Positions 58,150-64,000 of a stretch of 64,000 nt of DNA are shown one piece after another. Source of the DNA: a virus. The notes under the pieces were generated by a model. That model searched no databases and was not told where the DNA came from. It saw only the letters and a program-made list of their open reading frames with translations. Positions within the stretch are counted from its first letter, which is position 1. The number at the start of each line of letters is the position of its first letter. Location: IMG/VR virus record IMGVR_UViG_3300018059_000546. The stretch is one strand, 5' to 3'. The translations under genes were made by a program, and so were the position numbers.

Positions 58150-58877
58150 AACCAATTCTCATCACGGGAGCTTCTGGTGGAATCGGTCTTGCGTTGGTAG
58201 AGTACTTCCTATCAACAGGACACCGGGACATCGTTTGTCAGTATCGATCTGGAAATTCGGCGCTTTCGGAACTCTTTGCAAAGCACGATCTTGACTACTA
58301 CAAACACACGTTCCCAGCTGATCTAACTGAAGAGCTCCAGGTTAGTTCTCTACACTCTCATGTGAATGCTCACTTTGGGAAGATATGGGGAGTGATCAAT
58401 CTCGCTGGTTCTTCGTCTAACGGTATGAGTTGGAGACTTTCTAAAGATGATTTTTCTAAAGTCATCAACAACAATCTCATGACAACATTCTTAGTTTCGA
58501 AGGAATTCATTCCTGAAATGCGAGAGCAAAACGGCGGAAGGATCATCAATGTATCTAGCGTTGTTGGTTTCACCGGAGCTGCGGGAGCGTCTCACTACAG
58601 CGCTGCCAAAGCCGGCATCGTAGGGTTGACAAAATCGATGGCTCTCGAACTTGCTAACAAGAACATCACAGTCAACGCTTTGGGGCTCGGGTACTTCGAA
58701 TACGGATTGATCAATCATCTCTCTCCTGCAATTCAAGAAGATGTCAAGAATAAGACTCCTGCCAAGCGTTTTGGAAAAGGAAATGAGATCGGGGGAGCAA
58801 TCAAGTTCCTGATGGGTGATGATGGAGCTTTCACGACAGGGCAGGTCATTCACATCAACGGTGGAATCTACCTGTGA
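58146..58877 (+). CDS. FabG/PhaB-like SDR (3-oxoacyl-ACP/CoA reductase)
   Basis: ITGASGGIG, INLAG, GRIINVSSVVG, YSAAKAG, TGQVIHINGG. Confidence 0.9.
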   Translation: MKPILITGASGGIGLALVEYFLSTGHRDIVCQYRSGNSALSELFAKHDLDYYKHTFPADLTEELQVSSLHSHVNAHFGKIWGVINLAGSSSNGMSWRLSKDDFSKVINNNLMTTFLVSKEFIPEMREQNGGRIINVSSVVGFTGAAGASHYSAAKAGIVGLTKSMALELANKNITVNALGLGYFEYGLINHLSPAIQEDVKNKTPAKRFGKGNEIGGAIKFLMGDDGAFTTGQVIHINGGIYL

Positions 58878-59791
58878 ACGAAATCGAATACAGGCCTCTC
58901 AAACTAGATGAGGACAAGAAAAAATTCAAAGCCCTCCATAACATTCTTTTCAAGAATACAGCCATGTCTTCAGAGTGGATGGACTGGTACTTCGAACTTG
59001 CTAAAGACGTTAGAACCTACGGGGCTTTTGACAATGAGAATCTCGTGGGAATCTGGTGTGTCGAAGCAAAAGAACTTAGTGTGGGCCGTAGAAACACGAA
59101 ACCTGTCGGACGATGTTTTTCTGTTGGTGTACATCCCAGTTTTCAACGTCGAGGAATCTTTCTCGCTCTCAGCAAGTTTGCAATCGAACAAGAGAAAAAG
59201 AAGGGTCAGTACGACTACATCTTGGGATTTCCGCAATTTGGAAGATCGGTCATCGATGGCCATCTAAAGGCTGGATGGGAACACGCCCAAGACATCGATG
59301 TGTTTAGCATCAAACCAAGTCTCGTCGACGAGAAAGCTTCGTTGAATAGCGTAGGACGTTTGGAAAAATTTGATAACGAAGATTCTTTTGTTCCAAAGGG
59401 TGGATTCAAAGAATCAGCGAGATATAACACACGTCGATGGCTACGCCATCCAGACAACCACTACGTCTGTCTCGATTATGAACCTGGAAGTTTTATCGTT
59501 GTGAAACCGTATGGAGATTCCTGCCACATCCTAGGGTTAGAAGGTCCTAACGAAGATGTTATTGAACTTCTTGAAGCTGTGAAGACACTTGCTAGGCGGC
59601 ATGCTTGGAAAGAAATCAACATGTGGTGTGCCTCGAATGATCCCAAGAAAAGCGCTGTAAAAAGCTGCGGATTCTCGTTAGGATCTGAAAGAGGAACAGG
59701 CGTCAAATTACTGGCTGTCAGAATCAATGCGATTGAACCACTTGTTCTTGACAAATGTAGTTTCCAAATGGGCGTCGAGGAGGTCTATTAG
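58874..59791 (+). CDS. GNAT-family acyltransferase
   Basis: VGVHPSFQRRGIF acyl-CoA motif A. Confidence 0.82.
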   Translation: MNEIEYRPLKLDEDKKKFKALHNILFKNTAMSSEWMDWYFELAKDVRTYGAFDNENLVGIWCVEAKELSVGRRNTKPVGRCFSVGVHPSFQRRGIFLALSKFAIEQEKKKGQYDYILGFPQFGRSVIDGHLKAGWEHAQDIDVFSIKPSLVDEKASLNSVGRLEKFDNEDSFVPKGGFKESARYNTRRWLRHPDNHYVCLDYEPGSFIVVKPYGDSCHILGLEGPNEDVIELLEAVKTLARRHAWKEINMWCASNDPKKSAVKSCGFSLGSERGTGVKLLAVRINAIEPLVLDKCSFQMGVEEVY

Positions 59792-59794
59792 TCA

Positions 59795-60664
59795 ATGAAT
59801 TACTCTCTACGACCCATCGAAGAATCTGATCATGAATGGCTTGTCGTTCTACATAACGATCCGCTTGTACTGAAAAACGTTACTGATCCCACGATAATCA
59901 CTCTAGAGTCTCATCTCAAATGGTGGGATGGCATCAAAGACTCGAAGAGTGAAGAACGTTTCATTTTCTGCGTGGATGGGATGAGAGCAGGGTTCACCAA
60001 GTTCTACAACATCGACCGTGCAAACAAAAACTGCAAGCTCGGTGCAGATCTTCACGAATCTTTTCGTGGTAAAGGACTTGCGAAACACATGTGGAACTTG
60101 ATGATCGATCGTTGTTTTCAAGTTCACAGATTACATCGAATTGCTTTGACAACAGCAGAGTACAATGATGTTGGAATTTACACGTATCTATCGTTAGGAT
60201 TTCGCATTGAAGGTCGAAATAAATGCTCTCTTCTAAGAGATGGAAAATTTTTTGATGAAGTTTGCATGTATATGCTCGAATCATTTCGCAATGAAAAACC
60301 GACACGTAGAGAAGGACTACAAAAATGTGCCAGTTGTTCAGAATTTATGATCAAAAAGAGCCATACGCACAAAGTTTGCAAAACCTGCACTCCTACGAAT
60401 TCGTCTCGTAGTCGATATAGACGATACAAAATTTCCAGCAAACAACTGCAAGAGATGATCAACGATCAACATGATTGTTGTTTTTTGTGCACAAAAAAAT
60501 TCACTAATCACCAAAGAGGAATGCATGTAGTTCATGATCATGAACTAGGGACCGTTAGGAAACTTCTTTGCCATCGATGCAATTGGATTGTCGGACTAAT
60601 TGAAAAAATGACATCTGATGAATCGCTAGATAAAGTGCTTGACTACGTCAAAATGTTCAAATGA
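59795..60664 (+). CDS. PseH/RimJ-like GNAT fused to an Endonuclease VII-like domain
   Basis: LRPIEESD, FRGKGLAK, YLSLGFRIEG; C-terminus CCFLC...HDH..GTVRKLLCHRCN. Confidence 0.8.
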   Translation: MNYSLRPIEESDHEWLVVLHNDPLVLKNVTDPTIITLESHLKWWDGIKDSKSEERFIFCVDGMRAGFTKFYNIDRANKNCKLGADLHESFRGKGLAKHMWNLMIDRCFQVHRLHRIALTTAEYNDVGIYTYLSLGFRIEGRNKCSLLRDGKFFDEVCMYMLESFRNEKPTRREGLQKCASCSEFMIKKSHTHKVCKTCTPTNSSRSRYRRYKISSKQLQEMINDQHDCCFLCTKKFTNHQRGMHVVHDHELGTVRKLLCHRCNWIVGLIEKMTSDESLDKVLDYVKMFK

Positions 60665-61563
60665 AAAAAGTTCTACAGATAGTTGATAGTCTTGAGTACG
60701 TAACGACGAACGGGTTCCAACACCAACTTCTAAAAACTCTTCAGCAAGAAACAGATCTGCTGACGATTCCCATCACTAAGTTGGAAAAATTTCACTGTGA
60801 AGGTCGGATCGTGCTATCGACCCTTAAGTTGAGATCTGTCGTAAAACATGTTGATTTGCTACAATTCGTTCTCGGATCAACTCCGCTGTATGTATACGAC
60901 CAAGACGCTTGGGAATCGTTCATGGATGAAGGGTCTTACAGAGGAAGCTATAAGATGATCAGTTCAAAACTCAATGTCGTGAGTTTTTTAAATCCATCCA
61001 AGTGGTGGTCAGACCACATCAATTCGATGGGATCACCCAGCAAATTCATCAAAATTTGGATCTTACCAGAGTACTGCGGATCAAAACAATTCTCTCAGAG
61101 GACAATAGACGTGGGTTTCATGGGACAACTTCACCCATTCAGAAAAGAATCATTCGAATCGTTGAAAGTTCTGGGGATCGATGTCACAACTTTTCCGGGT
61201 GAGAGCTACGCTGCTTACCTTACTAAGGTTTCTGACATGAAATTCTTTCCACATTACGAACCCGCACGATGGCACATCGATGGAAAGTTAATCGAATGCA
61301 GCGCACTCTACGGTAAAACTGTTGAAGTCATGGCTCGAGGAACATTCTGTTTGAGAGAGAAATGTGGTGAGGCCGCACATTGGAACTTGTCCCAAAATCC
61401 CTTGTTACTTGAGTTCGAATCTCTTGAGGAGTTCGTGGAAAAAGTTCGTCACGTGCAATCTCTCCCTGTAGAAGTTGTTGATTCTATGATTGAAACTGGA
61501 GTGAAAATGATCGTAGAAGACATTGGTTGGAAAACTGTCGTGGAGGCTATCGATGAAGCCTAA
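60661..61563 (+). CDS. Hypothetical GT-B-like protein
   Basis: IDVGFMGQLHPFR...KTVEVMARG. Confidence 0.55.
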   Translation: MKKVLQIVDSLEYVTTNGFQHQLLKTLQQETDLLTIPITKLEKFHCEGRIVLSTLKLRSVVKHVDLLQFVLGSTPLYVYDQDAWESFMDEGSYRGSYKMISSKLNVVSFLNPSKWWSDHINSMGSPSKFIKIWILPEYCGSKQFSQRTIDVGFMGQLHPFRKESFESLKVLGIDVTTFPGESYAAYLTKVSDMKFFPHYEPARWHIDGKLIECSALYGKTVEVMARGTFCLREKCGEAAHWNLSQNPLLLEFESLEEFVEKVRHVQSLPVEVVDSMIETGVKMIVEDIGWKTVVEAIDEA

Positions 61564-62296
61564 GATCTTTGTCGGGACCATGCGAAGTGGAGAAGAAGAG
61601 TTCGAAGAATCTCGAAAGTTGATTCTCCAGCAGAAAGATGTCGACGTTGTTCACTTCATTGTAGACAGCTTGCCAGAATACGAAGCCCATAATGCTCTCT
61701 GGGAAACATGGAACGATTGCAAGTGGAACTTTGAAGTATTCATCAAAGTGGACGCAGACACATTGATCGATGATCACACGAAGTTCTCGCAAATCGCTGC
61801 AGAATTCGCTAAGAACCCTCGTTTGACTGGAATGCAGATCCCGTTACATGATTACTTCATGGATGGACCGATCCTCGGGTTGAACTGCTTCACTCCGCAG
61901 GTCGTGTTCATCCACGCGAAGAGTCGTTTACATGCTGACCATGCGGACACCAATCATGACATCGTCTATCGAGGAGAAGCTGTTACCCACCTAACTCCAG
62001 CTGGCAGGCACTGCGCATATCCGAATGATCGGCAGGCATTCCACTACGGTTTGCATCGCATGAAGAAGAACCAACGAGACACTATCGTAAGCGTCTATCA
62101 TGCCTGGAAGAAGAGCGGAGGAAATGGGAGATTGCTTGCTCTTCATGGAGCTCGAACAGCAGCCATTTCTTCAGTAGACCATGATTACAACTCTTCAACT
62201 TTTGACGGAGCTTTCGCTCAACTCATGAGTGACGGAATTTTTGAGAATGGAAAGCTTTCAGACATGGAAGCATTCATGAGAATGCTCGGAGCTTAG
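61553..62296 (+). CDS. GT-A-like protein
   Basis: FIKVDAD (DxD); GGAGG RBS before ATG 61553. Confidence 0.6.
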   Translation: MKPKIFVGTMRSGEEEFEESRKLILQQKDVDVVHFIVDSLPEYEAHNALWETWNDCKWNFEVFIKVDADTLIDDHTKFSQIAAEFAKNPRLTGMQIPLHDYFMDGPILGLNCFTPQVVFIHAKSRLHADHADTNHDIVYRGEAVTHLTPAGRHCAYPNDRQAFHYGLHRMKKNQRDTIVSVYHAWKKSGGNGRLLALHGARTAAISSVDHDYNSSTFDGAFAQLMSDGIFENGKLSDMEAFMRMLGA

Positions 62297-62862
62297 AATT
62301 CTACGAAATCGCTTCCAAGTTCGAGAACAGTCTTAGAACATAGAAGAGTTTCCGGATTCATTCCAATATGTTGTCGAATGAAATATCCCGTTTCTTTCTC
62401 GACATCTTTGATTCGGGCAACTTCTTCACTTGTGAGAGTTTCTGCATCATGAAAGACGACTCCAGGGGCTCCTAGTCTGATGAGAGCAACCAGAACATCT
62501 ATTCTTTGTGGACCGGGTCCGTCTACTAAGCACACTGTCTTTTGAAGATCTGGTATTGTCGTTCCGACCTTTTCAACAAATTCATCGATTCCCTCGTACG
62601 GAACAATCACATGCGTATTTTTGCAGGGGTTACAAACGCGCCAGCGTGGGTCATCCTCGTACGATAAAAGCACTTCCAGATTCATTCCGTGAAACCATGG
62701 AGTACTGCTGTTGCCCATTCCATGCTCGACTCCGTACACTGGGTGGATCGTATCTGAGAGAATTTGTAAACACTTCAAATGGGTAGCCACCCGAACAATC
62801 TTATCGGGATTTCTTGCAGCTGACCCACGAGTGTTGGGATAGAGGTTCATACCGATGAACAT
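62293..62862 (-). CDS. Class I SAM methyltransferase-like protein
   Basis: VEHGMGNSST, SYEDDPRW, LVDGPG, VFHDAE. Confidence 0.6.
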   Translation of the reverse strand: MFIGMNLYPNTRGSAARNPDKIVRVATHLKCLQILSDTIHPVYGVEHGMGNSSTPWFHGMNLEVLLSYEDDPRWRVCNPCKNTHVIVPYEGIDEFVEKVGTTIPDLQKTVCLVDGPGPQRIDVLVALIRLGAPGVVFHDAETLTSEEVARIKDVEKETGYFIRQHIGMNPETLLCSKTVLELGSDFVEF

Positions 62863-62902
62863 ATCAAAATTCTCGATCTATTATTCCTGAAGAATACCCA
62901 AA

Positions 62903-63802
62903 ATGCTATACGTTGTTCATAAAGACGGTAACGAAGACTACATCTGCACGACAGACACTATCGACTTCCATGAAGAACTTCGTAAGAACGGAGCGACTGT
63001 CATGACCGAAACTGCCTTCCAACCAGTGATTCCTAACCTGCAAGCGACGGATGTGGTCATGATTCACGTTGGGCTTGGAAATGAGGTCACCAGAATGGGT
63101 CTGAAGCACTTCTCGGGGCGTAAGCTATTGTTTACCATTGACGAATGCAAGAGTGACGGGATCCTCTTCAGAACTCATCGCGAGCTCTGCGAACAAATCG
63201 ACTGTAAAGAGATGATCTTATCGTACCCGTCTGATAGGAACGTCAAATTTCTCCAAGAACATGGGTATAAAACGATCGCGTATAATCCTTCCAACGTCAT
63301 CAGAACGTATCGAGAGAAAAAGTACGACATCATCATCAGCGGACAAATGGATAGAGCGTACTATCCGACCAGGGTACATATTGCAGAAATCGTCCTCAGA
63401 AATAAACACAGGTGGAATGTGGTACATTTACCACATCCGGGTTTCGAATTGTCTAAAGCTACGCATCAGTACACGGGTGAGAAGTATAGAGAACTTCTCG
63501 ATGAATGCCGAATCGGCGTTGCATGCAAAGCGGGATGGAGAGATCGTCTAGTTGCCAAGTACATTGAACTAGGAGCTTCGTGGTGCTTGCCAATCGGAGA
63601 TGCTCCTTCGTACATGCATCCTCTCATGGTAGAGTACATGATCTTGGTAGATTCTAACACTCCCGAGGCAGAGGTCGTATTAAAGATCGATGAAGCTCTT
63701 GAGAACATCGAATCTCGGAGAGATTCTTACACGGCAATGTGTCTTTGCGAACATGATCTATCGACGAACGTTTCGAAACTGGTGAAAGAACTGACGGGAT
63801 GA
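62903..63802 (+). CDS. GT-B-like glycosyltransferase
   Basis: YDIIISG...YPTR...HPG...KYIELGAS. Confidence 0.6.
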   Translation: MLYVVHKDGNEDYICTTDTIDFHEELRKNGATVMTETAFQPVIPNLQATDVVMIHVGLGNEVTRMGLKHFSGRKLLFTIDECKSDGILFRTHRELCEQIDCKEMILSYPSDRNVKFLQEHGYKTIAYNPSNVIRTYREKKYDIIISGQMDRAYYPTRVHIAEIVLRNKHRWNVVHLPHPGFELSKATHQYTGEKYRELLDECRIGVACKAGWRDRLVAKYIELGASWCLPIGDAPSYMHPLMVEYMILVDSNTPEAEVVLKIDEALENIESRRDSYTAMCLCEHDLSTNVSKLVKELTG

Positions 63803-64000
63803 AAAAGATCGGCTGCAGCTCAGAATTTCTTGAAGATCTCTTGGATCTTTCTTGCGGTGGTCTTGAGCTCTACAGGGGACTTAAGAAGTTCCCTTACACT
63901 CCTGACGCAAAATTGGTAGAAGGTGTACCCGTGCTGGTATCTTTCGAAAATGATGGAGCAAAAACTCAAATGTCTGTGACACTTAAGTTGAATCCTGAAG
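63799..64000 (+). CDS. Hypothetical protein, partial (runs off the window)
   Basis: ATGA-coupled start MKKIGCSSEF..., open to the window end. Confidence 0.45.
   Translation, partial: MKKIGCSSEFLEDLLDLSCGGLELYRGLKKFPYTPDAKLVEGVPVLVSFENDGAKTQMSVTLKLNPE

Noticed and set aside
55125-60664. Complete pseudaminic or legionaminic acid pathway
   Set aside because: No NeuB-type synthase, hydrolase or CMP-transferase within the window
40458-64000. Host O-antigen or capsule locus flanking a prophage
   Set aside because: No flippase, polymerase, integrase or att site seen; interleaved with phage-type endonucleases and orphan genes; composition looks similar to the phage arm. An assembly check is still advisable.
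1-64000. Eukaryotic giant virus origin
   Set aside because: T4-like portal, terminase and prohead protease, SD motifs, overlapping operons and peptide deformylase indicate a bacteriophage
1-64000. Stop-codon reassignment
   Set aside because: Coding density is high and conserved genes are full length in the standard code; TAA, TGA and TAG all end genes
1-64000. CRISPR array, tRNA, rRNA, group I/II introns, reverse transcriptase/DGR
   Set aside because: None recognised by eye, and intergenic gaps are short; tRNAscan/Infernal would be needed to exclude them formally

Overview
This window is part of a large tailed dsDNA bacteriophage genome (T4-like head genes, probably jumbo class), read in the standard genetic code. 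From 1 to about 40 kb, mostly on the minus strand, it holds head assembly and packaging genes: scaffold (partial), prohead protease, an intein-containing portal and the large terminase. The same arm carries peptide deformylase, a fused Mre11-Rad50 (SbcD-SbcC), primase, RuvC, a block of large putative tail/baseplate proteins, and a PhoH / sigma-region-4 / Hc1 / ClpP / degenerate-GroEL module. After a palindrome-rich strand switch at about 40.3-40.45 kb comes a plus-strand glycan biosynthesis island of at least 23.5 kb. It has about ten apparently soluble glycosyltransferase-like ORFs, Gmd, a PseB/CapE-type dehydratase, a DegT aminotransferase, a FabG/PhaB-like reductase, two GNATs and two methyltransferases, but no recognisable flippase or polymerase. 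The best candidate for a new system is phage-encoded synthesis of an N-acylated 4-amino-4,6-dideoxy sugar glycan, possibly attached to [S/T]-G-S motifs that recur in the virion proteins (inference). About nine homing-endonuclease-type elements, several decayed, are scattered through the window. A TAYTTA motif (putative late promoter) precedes many genes. No tRNA, rRNA or CRISPR array was recognised. All functional calls come from motif recognition by eye, without database searches.
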